A stretch of 28,240 bases of DNA from a virus (lineage: Duplodnaviria > Heunggongvirae > Uroviricota > Caudoviricetes): IMG/VR virus record IMGVR_UViG_2695420398_000010, one strand, 5' to 3'. Under the pieces are notes generated by a model. It saw only the letters and a list, made by a program, of their open reading frames with translations, was not told where the DNA came from and searched no databases. Below, piece after piece: positions 8,990 through 16,933 of this stretch (positions are counted from its first letter, which is position 1; every line of letters begins with the position of its first letter). Made by a program: the position numbers and the translations under genes.

Positions 8990-9568
8990 ATGAAGGGGCT
9001 TGAGAACGCCATCCGCAATCTGAACAGCCTTGATACCCGTATGGTGCCACAGGCCAGCGCATGGGCGATAAACCGTGTGGCACAGAAAGCGGTCTCGGTT
9101 GCCACCCGGAAGGTTGCCGGGAATACCGTTGCGGGAGATAACCAGGTGAAAGGGATCCCCCTGAAACTGGTACGTCAGCGTGTCCGGGTGTTTAAAGCCA
9201 GTCCATCAGGAAAAATGACGGCCAGGATCCGCGTTAACCGGGGCAATCTGCCCGCCATTAAGCTGGGGACAGCCCGGGTCAGACTGGCCCGGCGTGGTGG
9301 AAAACTGCAGTACCGTGGCAGTGTGCTGAAGGTGGGTAAATATCTTTTCCGGGATGCGTTTATTCAGCAACTGGCGAATGGTCGCTGGCATGTGATGCGG
9401 CGTATTGATGGCAAAAATCGTTACCCCATTGATGTGGTGAAAATCCCGCTGTCCGGACCGCTGACACAGGCATTTGAAGATGCCCGCGACCACATCATTG
9501 CTGCGGAAATGCCGAAACAGCTGGGGTATGCACTGAAACAACAACTGAGGTTATGGCTGACCCGATGA
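8990..9568 (+). CDS. Z: Tail completion protein Z
   Basis: 192 aa, same length as lambda gpZ, with shared blocks (KGLE.A..NL, AINRVA, IKLG.ARV, FIQQL.NGRWHVM.R..GKNRYPIDVVKIP, LGYAL..QLR). Confidence 0.85.
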   Translation: MKGLENAIRNLNSLDTRMVPQASAWAINRVAQKAVSVATRKVAGNTVAGDNQVKGIPLKLVRQRVRVFKASPSGKMTARIRVNRGNLPAIKLGTARVRLARRGGKLQYRGSVLKVGKYLFRDAFIQQLANGRWHVMRRIDGKNRYPIDVVKIPLSGPLTQAFEDARDHIIAAEMPKQLGYALKQQLRLWLTR

Positions 9569-9966
9569 ACCGACATACACAAATCCGCCAGGCCGTACTG
9601 GCACGCCTTCGGGAACAGTGTGGAGACAGCGCCACGTTTTTTGACGGGCTTCCGGCATTTGTTGATGCGCAGGAACTGCCTGCCGTGGCGGTGTGGCTGA
9701 GTGATGCTCAGTACACCGGAAAAATGACGGATGAAGATGACTGGCAGGCTGTTCTGCATATTGCTGTCTTCATCCGGGCACAGGCACCGGATTCAGAGCT
9801 GGATATGTGGATGGAGAGCACCATTTTCCCGGCCCTGAATGATGTACCAGCACTTTCCGGACTCATCGACACCCTGATCCCACTCGGTTTTAACTATCAA
9901 CGTGATAATGAGATGGCCACCTGGGCGATGGCGGAAATCACGTACCAGATCACGTACACGAATTAA
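9565..9966 (+). CDS. U: Tail terminator protein U
   Basis: Matches lambda gpU blocks (GATFFDG.PA, FPAVAV.L..A.YTG, LHI.VF..AQ.PDSELD.WMES, ITY.ITY); start set at ATG 9565 (ATGA overlap with Z stop), track start is 9553. Confidence 0.85.
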   Translation: MNRHTQIRQAVLARLREQCGDSATFFDGLPAFVDAQELPAVAVWLSDAQYTGKMTDEDDWQAVLHIAVFIRAQAPDSELDMWMESTIFPALNDVPALSGLIDTLIPLGFNYQRDNEMATWAMAEITYQITYTN

Positions 9967-9976
9967 GGAGGTGGTA

Positions 9977-10720
9977 ATGACCACACCAAATCCACTGGCA
10001 AAAACGAAAGGTGCGGGAACGACGTTCTGGATGTATACCGGCAAGGGCGATGCGTTTGCGAACCCTTTATCGGACACTGACTGGCTGCGTCTTGCGATGG
10101 TGAAGGATCTGCAACCTGGCGAAATGACCGCTGATGCAGAAGATGACACTTATCTCGATGATGAAGATGCAGACTGGAAAACGACAACCCAGGGGCAGAA
10201 ATCCGTTGGTGATACTTCGGCGACGCTGGCCTGGCGTCCGGGTGACAGCGGGCAGAAAAAACTGGTTCAGTTGTTCGACTCCGGTGAAGTCTGCGCGTTT
10301 CGTATCAAATATCCCAACGGCACTGTTGATGTTTTCCGTGGCTGGCTGAGCTCACTGGGTAAAACCATTGCCTCAAAAGACGTGATGACCCGCACTGTGA
10401 AAATCAGCGGTGTGGGGCGTCCGTATCTGGCAGAGGAAGGCACTGAAACCGTGAGCGTTACCGGGCTGACAGTATCACCGGCATCTGCCAGTGTAAAAGT
10501 GGGAGCAACCACCACGCTGACCTTTACAGTAAAACCTGACGGAGCCAGTGACAAAGCGATCAGTGTGCATTCGTCAGATCCACAGACTGCCACGGTTACC
10601 CTGAACGGACTTGTGGCCACGGTAAAAGGCGTGAAGCAGGGCAGTGTCAGCATTGTGGGCATGACCGCTGACGGGAATTTTGTGGCTGTGGCTGCGGTGA
10701 CTGTCAGCGCAGCAGATTAA
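9977..10720 (+). CDS. V: Major tail protein V with C-terminal Ig-like (Big_2) domain
   Basis: ATG 9977 after AAGGAGG; strong similarity to lambda gpV (NP...KGAGTT.W.Y.G.GD..ANPLSD.DW.RLA.VKDL.PGE.TA, YLDDEDADW, FPNGTVDVFRGW) with a C-terminal Ig-like region. Confidence 0.9.
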   Translation: MTTPNPLAKTKGAGTTFWMYTGKGDAFANPLSDTDWLRLAMVKDLQPGEMTADAEDDTYLDDEDADWKTTTQGQKSVGDTSATLAWRPGDSGQKKLVQLFDSGEVCAFRIKYPNGTVDVFRGWLSSLGKTIASKDVMTRTVKISGVGRPYLAEEGTETVSVTGLTVSPASASVKVGATTTLTFTVKPDGASDKAISVHSSDPQTATVTLNGLVATVKGVKQGSVSIVGMTADGNFVAVAAVTVSAAD

Positions 10721-10740
10721 CAGGACGATACTCATCATTT

Positions 10741-10765
10741 GCCCCGGTTATTCGGGGCTTTTTTG
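10741..10765 (+). terminator. Rho-independent terminator-like hairpin between V and G
   Basis: GCCCCG-GTTATT-CGGGGC followed by TTTTTT. Confidence 0.5.
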
Positions 10766-10777
10766 CAGGTGGAGAAC

Positions 10778-11167
10778 ATGATGTTTCTGAAACAGGACAC
10801 GTTTAATTATGAAAAACAGTCCGTGGTGCTCAGTGAGCTGTCCGGGCTGCAGAGAATTGAATATCTGACGTTTGTTCAGCAGCGAACGGCAAAGTTTGAT
10901 GCCGGGGAGGGAGAACTGCCGGAGGCTGAACGACAGATTGCTTTTCTGCGGATGGGGATGGATATCAATGCCTGGCTGGTTTCCCGCTCACTGTGGAATG
11001 CGGAACAGTCTCAGGATGTTGAGACGCTTTACGCATCCGTTATTACAACATGGTCGTATGATGCCCTGGGTGCGGGGGCGGAGATGGTTCTGTCGCTGAG
11101 CGGTATGGGGGCCATTGATAATGCCGGGGATTTGGAGCATGAGGTGCTGACGCCGGAAAAGTCCTGA
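10778..11167 (+). CDS. G: Tail assembly chaperone G
   Basis: Start at ATG 10778 (MMFLK...); resembles lambda gpG (MFLK, VTLSELS.LQRIE.L); ends at TGA 11165-11167. Confidence 0.85.
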   Translation: MMFLKQDTFNYEKQSVVLSELSGLQRIEYLTFVQQRTAKFDAGEGELPEAERQIAFLRMGMDINAWLVSRSLWNAEQSQDVETLYASVITTWSYDALGAGAEMVLSLSGMGAIDNAGDLEHEVLTPEKS

Positions 11168-11505
11168 CGCGGGAAATGCAGTTTGTCATGCGGCTTGCCC
11201 GGGAGTTCCGGCGGGCAGACTGGCGGCGGATGCTGTCGGAAATGTCGGCCACTGAGCTTGGTGAGTGGGGCGATTATTTCCGGATGCAGAGCTTCAGTGA
11301 TGTGTGGATGGATGCGCAGTTTGCCTCGCTGAAGGCATTGATCGTGAGAATGGTGTCCGGCAGCAGTGATGCTGCGGTGGCTGATTTCAGCCTTTTACCG
11401 GAAGAGAACGGGATACCGGAGCGAACGGACGAAGAACTGATGCATCTTGGGGAAGGTATTTCCGGAGGTGTGCGTTATGGACCAGATAGCCAACCTGGTC
11501 ATTGA
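11143..11505 (+). CDS. T: T-frame segment of the G-T tail assembly chaperone, reached by -1 frameshift from G
   Basis: The -1 frame is open from 11143 and overlaps the last 8 codons of G; an A-rich slip site CCGGAAAAG sits at about 11153-11161; the ORF continues to 11505 and overlaps the H start. Confidence 0.7.
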   Translation, partial: GADAGKVLTREMQFVMRLAREFRRADWRRMLSEMSATELGEWGDYFRMQSFSDVWMDAQFASLKALIVRMVSGSSDAAVADFSLLPEENGIPERTDEELMHLGEGISGGVRYGPDSQPGH

Positions 11506-14500
11506 TTTGGGGATTGATGCGGCAGAGTTTAAAAATGAAATTCCCCGTATCAAAAACCTTCTGAATGGTGCAGCCAGCGATGCAGAACGGTCTTCTGCCC
11601 GTATGCAGCGTTTTATGGAGCGTCAGACTCAGGCCGCCCGGCAGACAACGCAGGCGGCTTCTTCGGCTGCAACAGCCGCATCCGTCCATGCGCAGACGGT
11701 GGAGAAGAACGCACAGGCTCATGAACGCATGGCCCGTGAGGTGGAGAAAACCCGCCAGCGCATGGAGGCACTGAGCCAGAAAATGCGCGAGGAACAGGCG
11801 CAGGCCATGGCTCTGGCGGAGGCTCAGGATAAAGCGGCTGCTGCGTTTTATCGTCAGATTGACAGTGTGAAACAGGCCAGTGCGGGGCTGCAGGAATTAC
11901 AGCGTATTCAGCAGCAGATCCGACAGGCCAGAAACAGTGGCGGGATTGGTCAGCAGGATTATCTGGCGCTGATTTCTGAGGTTACGGCGAAAACCCGTGT
12001 TCTTACGCAGGCTGAGGAAGAGGCTACCCGACAGAAAGTGGCGTTTATCCGTCAGCTTAAAGAGCAGGCAACCCGCCAGAATCTTTCTTCTTCTGAGTTG
12101 CTTCGTGCCAAGGCTGCCCAGCTGGGGGTAAGCAGTGCTGCAGAAGTGTATATCCGCAAAATGGAGCAGGCAGGAAAAGCCACGCATTCGCTGGGTCTGA
12201 AAAGTGCAGCGGCCCGCCAGGAGATAGGCGTTCTGATAGGTGAACTGGCCCGCGGCAATTTAGGGGCGCTGAGGGGATCCGGGATAACGCTGGCTAACCG
12301 TGCCGGATGGATAGACACTCTGATGTCACCGAAAGGCATGATGCTTGGCGGGGTTATTGGCGGTATTGCCGCGGCCGTCTATGGTCTGGGTAAAGCCTGG
12401 TATGACGGTCAGAAGGAGGGGGAAGAATTTAACCGCCAGTTGTCGCTGACGGGGCATTATGCCGGAGTCACTGCCGGGCAGCTGTGGACGCTCAGTCGTG
12501 CTATTTCCGGGAATGGTATCACGCAACATGCTGCAGCCGGTGCGCTGGCTCAGGTGGTGGGGAGTGGTGCATTTCGTGGAAACGATATCGGTATGGTGGC
12601 GAGAGCTGCCGCACAGATGGAGCGATCGGTTGGCCAGTCGGTCAGCGATACCATAAATCAGTTTAAGCGGCTGAAGGATGATCCTGTAAATGCCGCGAAG
12701 GCTCTGGACAATGAGCTGCATTTTCTTACTGCCACTCAGCTTGAGCAGATACGTGTCCTTGGGGATCAGGGACGGTCCAGTGATGCTGCACGGATAGCCA
12801 TGTCTGCACTGGCAGAGGAAACCGGTCGGCGTACTGCGGATATTGATAATAACCTCAATGCGCTTGGCAGTACGCTGAAGTATCTGTCTGATTTGTGGAG
12901 TCGTTTCTGGGATGCGGCCATGAATATTGGTCGTGAAGACTCGCTGGATGAACAGATTGCCGCTTTACAGGAGAAAGTGTCGCGGGCGAAAAGACTCCCC
13001 TGGACGGCATCATCTTCTCAGGTTGAATACGATCAGCAGCGTCTTAACGATCTTCAGGAGAAAAAACGCCAGAAGGATTTGCAGGATGCAAAAGAGCAGG
13101 CAGAGCGGAATTATCAGGAGCAACAGAAACGACGTAATGCTGAAAATGCTGCACTGAACCGGATGAATGAAACGGAAGCAGCACGACATCAGCGTGAAAT
13201 TGCGCGTATTAATTCCATGCAGTACGCCGATCAGGCTGTCAGGGATGCAGCGATACAACGTGAAAATGAACGTTACGAGAAAGCCCTGGCATCCGGTAAG
13301 AAAAAAACACGCGAAACCCGTAATGATGAGGCCACCCGGTTATTGCTGCAGTACAGTCAGCAACAGGCACAGGTGGAAGGACAGATTGCTGCTGCAAGAC
13401 AGTCAGCAGGCATTGCCACTGACAGGATGACAGAAGCGCATAAACAGCTTCTGGCTCTGCAGCAGCGCATCAGCGATCTGGACGGGAAAAAACTGACGGC
13501 AGATGAAAAGAGTGTGCTGGCCCGTAAAGATGAACTGATTCAGGCACTGACGCTGCTGGATGTAAAACAGCAGGAGCTTCAGAAACAGACGGCACTCAAC
13601 GATCTGAAGAAAAAAACAATTCAGCTGACCAGTCAACTGGCTGAAGAAGAGCGCGCTCAGCGTCAGCAACATGACCTGGATATCGCCACGGTGGGTATGG
13701 GTGATCAGCAGCGGCAGCGATATCAGATACAACTGAGTCTTCGCCAGAAATACCAGCAACAGCTGGAGCAGTTGAGGCGGGATAGTGAGCAGAAAGGGAC
13801 ATATAACACGGATGACTACAGAAAGGCCGAGCAGGCGCTGACGGAGAGCCTGAACCGACAACTGAATGAGAATCGCCGTTACTGGCAACAGCTTGAAGTT
13901 ATGCAGGGTAACTGGAAAAACGGAGTCCTGCGTGCATTTCAGGATTTTACCGTGGATGCAGACAATACGGCAGGAATAGCAGAACAGGTGTTCTCGTCAG
14001 CCTTCAGCAACATGGGAAATGGCCTGGCAACTTTTGTCACTACCGGCAAACTCAACTTCAAATCCTTCACCTCTTCGGTGCTGTCAGATATGGCGAAAAT
14101 CCTGGCGCAGGCAACCATGATGAAATCGATAAAAGGGATTGGCAGTGTACTGGGATTTGATCTCAGCAGCCTTTCCCTGAATGCCAATGGGGGGATTTAT
14201 CAGTCTGCTGATTTGAGTCGTTACAGTGGCACGGTGGTTAACCGTCCGACGTTTTTTGCTTTTGCAAAAGGCGCGGGTGTGATGGGGGAAGCTGGACCTG
14301 AAGCCATTCTGCCACTGCGTCGTGGTGCTGACGGTAAGCTGGGGGTTGTGGCGGATATTGGTGGTTCAGGTATGGCGATGTTTGCCCCGCAGTACAACAT
14401 CGAGATCAATAACGATGGCACGAACGGGCAGATAGGTCCGGCTGCCCTGAAGGTGGTTTATGACCTTGGGAAAAAAGCGGCAGCGGACTTTATGCAACAG

Positions 14501-14542
14501 CAGGCCCGTGATGGTGGTCGGTTAAGTGGAGCATATCGGTAA
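11477..14542 (+). CDS. H: Tail tape measure protein H
   Basis: 1021 aa from ATG 11477 after a GGAGG RBS; long Gln/Ala/Arg-rich coiled-coil core, Gly-rich hydrophobic segment, and a C-terminus resembling lambda gpH (NNDGTNGQIGPAALK.VYD). Confidence 0.9.
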   Translation: MDQIANLVIDLGIDAAEFKNEIPRIKNLLNGAASDAERSSARMQRFMERQTQAARQTTQAASSAATAASVHAQTVEKNAQAHERMAREVEKTRQRMEALSQKMREEQAQAMALAEAQDKAAAAFYRQIDSVKQASAGLQELQRIQQQIRQARNSGGIGQQDYLALISEVTAKTRVLTQAEEEATRQKVAFIRQLKEQATRQNLSSSELLRAKAAQLGVSSAAEVYIRKMEQAGKATHSLGLKSAAARQEIGVLIGELARGNLGALRGSGITLANRAGWIDTLMSPKGMMLGGVIGGIAAAVYGLGKAWYDGQKEGEEFNRQLSLTGHYAGVTAGQLWTLSRAISGNGITQHAAAGALAQVVGSGAFRGNDIGMVARAAAQMERSVGQSVSDTINQFKRLKDDPVNAAKALDNELHFLTATQLEQIRVLGDQGRSSDAARIAMSALAEETGRRTADIDNNLNALGSTLKYLSDLWSRFWDAAMNIGREDSLDEQIAALQEKVSRAKRLPWTASSSQVEYDQQRLNDLQEKKRQKDLQDAKEQAERNYQEQQKRRNAENAALNRMNETEAARHQREIARINSMQYADQAVRDAAIQRENERYEKALASGKKKTRETRNDEATRLLLQYSQQQAQVEGQIAAARQSAGIATDRMTEAHKQLLALQQRISDLDGKKLTADEKSVLARKDELIQALTLLDVKQQELQKQTALNDLKKKTIQLTSQLAEEERAQRQQHDLDIATVGMGDQQRQRYQIQLSLRQKYQQQLEQLRRDSEQKGTYNTDDYRKAEQALTESLNRQLNENRRYWQQLEVMQGNWKNGVLRAFQDFTVDADNTAGIAEQVFSSAFSNMGNGLATFVTTGKLNFKSFTSSVLSDMAKILAQATMMKSIKGIGSVLGFDLSSLSLNANGGIYQSADLSRYSGTVVNRPTFFAFAKGAGVMGEAGPEAILPLRRGADGKLGVVADIGGSGMAMFAPQYNIEINNDGTNGQIGPAALKVVYDLGKKAAADFMQQQARDGGRLSGAYR

Positions 14543-14871
14543 TGGAGACGTTTCACTGGAAAGTGCGCCCGGATATGAATGTGGTATCAGAGCCGAAAGT
14601 GGTGACAGTGAAGCTGGGCGATGGTTATGAACAGCGTCGTGCGGCGGGACTGAATAACCAGTTGTCGACTTACAGCGTGACGATACGTGTTCGTAAATGT
14701 GAACACCCATCTTTAAAAGCCTTTCTGGAACGGCACGGTGGCGTCCGCGCATTTCAGTGGACGCCACCTTATGACTGGAAGCCGATCAGGGTGGTTTGTC
14801 GTAAATGGTCGGCAAGCGTGGGGGCGTTGTGGGTAACCATAACGGCAGATTTTGAACAGGTCGTGGCATAG
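14542..14871 (+). CDS. M: Minor tail protein M
   Basis: 109 aa, same length as lambda gpM, with shared blocks (FHWKV.P.M, GDGY.QR...GLN, TYSV, FLE.HGG, WTPPY.W, FEQVV). Confidence 0.9.
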   Translation: METFHWKVRPDMNVVSEPKVVTVKLGDGYEQRRAAGLNNQLSTYSVTIRVRKCEHPSLKAFLERHGGVRAFQWTPPYDWKPIRVVCRKWSASVGALWVTITADFEQVVA

Positions 14872-14880
14872 GAGTCTCTG

Positions 14881-15579
14881 ATGCAGGATATTCCACAGGA
14901 AACACATCATGAGACGACACACCTCACTCAGTCAGCCCAGGTGGTGCTCTGGGAAATCGATCTGACAGTGGTTGGTGGAGAACGTTATTTTTTCTGTAAT
15001 GAGCAGAACGAAAAAGGTGAGCCGGTCACCTGGCAGGGGCGACAGTATCAGGCGTATCCCATTCAGGGGACGGGATTTGAACTGAACGGCAAGGGCAGTG
15101 CTGCCCGTCCGACACTGACGGTTTCTAACCTGCACGGCATGGTCACCGGGATGGCGGAAGACCTGCAGAGTCTGGTCGGAGGAACGGTGGTCCGGCGTAA
15201 GGTTTACGCCCGTTTTCTGGATGCGGTGAACTTCGTCAACGGAAACAGTGACGCCGATCCGGAGCAGGAGGTGATCAGCCGCTGGCGCATCGAGCAGTGC
15301 AGCGAACTGAGCGCGGTGAGTGCCTCTTTTGTACTGTCCACGCCGACGGAAACGGACGGTGCCGTTTTTCCGGGACGTATCATGCTGGCCAACACCTGCA
15401 CCTGGACCTATCGCGGTGATGAGTGCGGTTATCACGGTCCGGCGGTCGCGGATGAATATGATCAGCCGACGTCCGATATCACGAAGGATAAATGCAGCAA
15501 ATGCCTGAGCGGCTGTAAGTTTCGCAATAACGTCGGCAACTTTGGCGGCTTCCTTTCCATTAACAAACTTTCGCAGTGA
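14881..15579 (+). CDS. L: Minor tail protein L
   Basis: 232 aa, same length as lambda gpL; Cys-rich C-terminus. Confidence 0.9.
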   Translation: MQDIPQETHHETTHLTQSAQVVLWEIDLTVVGGERYFFCNEQNEKGEPVTWQGRQYQAYPIQGTGFELNGKGSAARPTLTVSNLHGMVTGMAEDLQSLVGGTVVRRKVYARFLDAVNFVNGNSDADPEQEVISRWRIEQCSELSAVSASFVLSTPTETDGAVFPGRIMLANTCTWTYRGDECGYHGPAVADEYDQPTSDITKDKCSKCLSGCKFRNNVGNFGGFLSINKLSQ

Positions 15580-15584
15580 ATCCC

Positions 15585-16328
15585 ATGACAGAGACAGAAT
15601 CAGCGATTCTGGCGCACGCCCGGCGATGTGCGCCAGCGGAGTCGTGCGGCTTCGTGGTGAGAACGCCGGAAGGGGAAAGATATTTTCCCTGCGTGAATAT
15701 CTCCGGTGAGCCGGAGGATTATTTCCGGATGGCTCCGGAGGACTGGCTGCAGGCAGAAATGCAGGGAGAGATTGTGGCGCTGGTCCACAGCCACCCCGGT
15801 GGTCTGCCCTGGCTGAGTGAGGCCGACCGGCGGCTGCAGGTGCAGAGTGATTTGCCGTGGTGGCTGGTCTGCCGGGGGGCGATTCATAAATTCCGCTGTG
15901 TGCCGCATCTCACCGGGCGGCGCTTTGAGCACGGGGTGACGGACTGTTACACGCTGTTCCGGGACGCTTACCATCTGGCGGGAATTGAGATGCCGGATTT
16001 TCATCGCGGGGATGACTGGTGGCGTCACGGCCAGAATCTCTATCTTGACAATATGGAGGCAACGGGTTTTTACCGTGTCCCACTGACAGAGGCGCAGCCT
16101 GGCGACGTGCTGCTGTGCTGTTTTGGTTCATCGGTGCCGAATCATGCCGCCATTTACTGTGGCGACGGCGAGCTGCTGCACCATATTCCTGAACAACTGA
16201 GTAAACGAGAGAGGTACACCGACAAATGGCAGCGACGCACACACTCCCTCTGGCGTCACCGGGCATGGCACGCATCTGCCTTTACGGGGATTTGCAACGA
16301 TTTGGTCGCCGTATCGACCTTCGTGTGA
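15585..16328 (+). CDS. K: Tail assembly protein K (JAB/MPN plus NlpC/P60-like)
   Basis: HSHP metal-binding JAMM-like motif and a downstream Cys/His segment; start set at ATG 15585 (track gives GTG 15576 overlapping the L stop). Confidence 0.85.
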   Translation: MTETESAILAHARRCAPAESCGFVVRTPEGERYFPCVNISGEPEDYFRMAPEDWLQAEMQGEIVALVHSHPGGLPWLSEADRRLQVQSDLPWWLVCRGAIHKFRCVPHLTGRRFEHGVTDCYTLFRDAYHLAGIEMPDFHRGDDWWRHGQNLYLDNMEATGFYRVPLTEAQPGDVLLCCFGSSVPNHAAIYCGDGELLHHIPEQLSKRERYTDKWQRRTHSLWRHRAWHASAFTGICNDLVAVSTFV

Positions 16329-16873
16329 AAACGGGGGCTGAAGCCATCCGGGCACTGGCCACACAGCTCCCGGTGTTTCGTCAGAAACTGAATGAGGGCT
16401 GGTATCAGGTGCGCATTGCCGGGCGTGATGCAGGCGAAAATGAATTATCTGCCCGTCTTAATGAGCCGCTGGCAAATGGTGCCGTGATCCACATCGTGCC
16501 GCGTCTGGCGGGAGCTAAAAGTGGCGGTGTGTTTCAGGTGGTGCTTGGGGCGGCGCTGATTGCGGTGGCATGGTGGAACCCTGTGGGCTGGCTGGGGGCC
16601 GCGGCTGTATCGGGCATGTATGCGGCAGGGGCCAGTATGATCCTGGGCGGAGTGGCGCAGATGCTGGCACCGAAAGCCAGGACGCCCACGGCAGCCAGTA
16701 CAGATAACGGCAAACAGAACACCTATTTCTCCTCACTGGATAACATGGTTGCCCAGGGCAATGTTCTGCCGGTTCTGTACGGTGAAATGCGCGTGGGGTC
16801 ACGCGTGGTTTCTCAGGAGATCAGCACGGCAGACGAAGGGGACGGTGGTCAGGTTGTGGTGATTGGTCGCTGA
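16226..16873 (+). CDS. I: Tail tip assembly protein I
   Basis: Near-identical to lambda gpI at both termini as recalled (MAATHTLPLASPGMARICLYGDLQRFGRR... and ...VLPVLYGEMRVGSRVVSQEISTADEGDGGQVVVIGR); overlaps the 3' end of K as in lambda. Confidence 0.85.
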   Translation: MAATHTLPLASPGMARICLYGDLQRFGRRIDLRVKTGAEAIRALATQLPVFRQKLNEGWYQVRIAGRDAGENELSARLNEPLANGAVIHIVPRLAGAKSGGVFQVVLGAALIAVAWWNPVGWLGAAAVSGMYAAGASMILGGVAQMLAPKARTPTAASTDNGKQNTYFSSLDNMVAQGNVLPVLYGEMRVGSRVVSQEISTADEGDGGQVVVIGR

Positions 16874-16892
16874 TGCAAAATGTTTTATGTGA

Positions 16893-16920
16893 AACCGCCT
16901 CCGGGCGGTTTTGTCGTTTA
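16893..16920 (+). terminator. Hairpin plus T-rich tract between I and J (possible attenuator)
   Basis: AACCGCC-TCCG-GGCGGTT followed by TTGTCGTTT, 14 nt upstream of the J start. Confidence 0.3.
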
Positions 16921-16933
16921 TGGAGCGTGAGGA

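Noticed and set aside
13403-13888. 161-aa ORF on the minus strand, and other short ORFs, inside the tape measure gene
   Set aside because: Antisense to the Gln/Leu-rich coiled-coil coding region of H; Leu-rich artefact frame.
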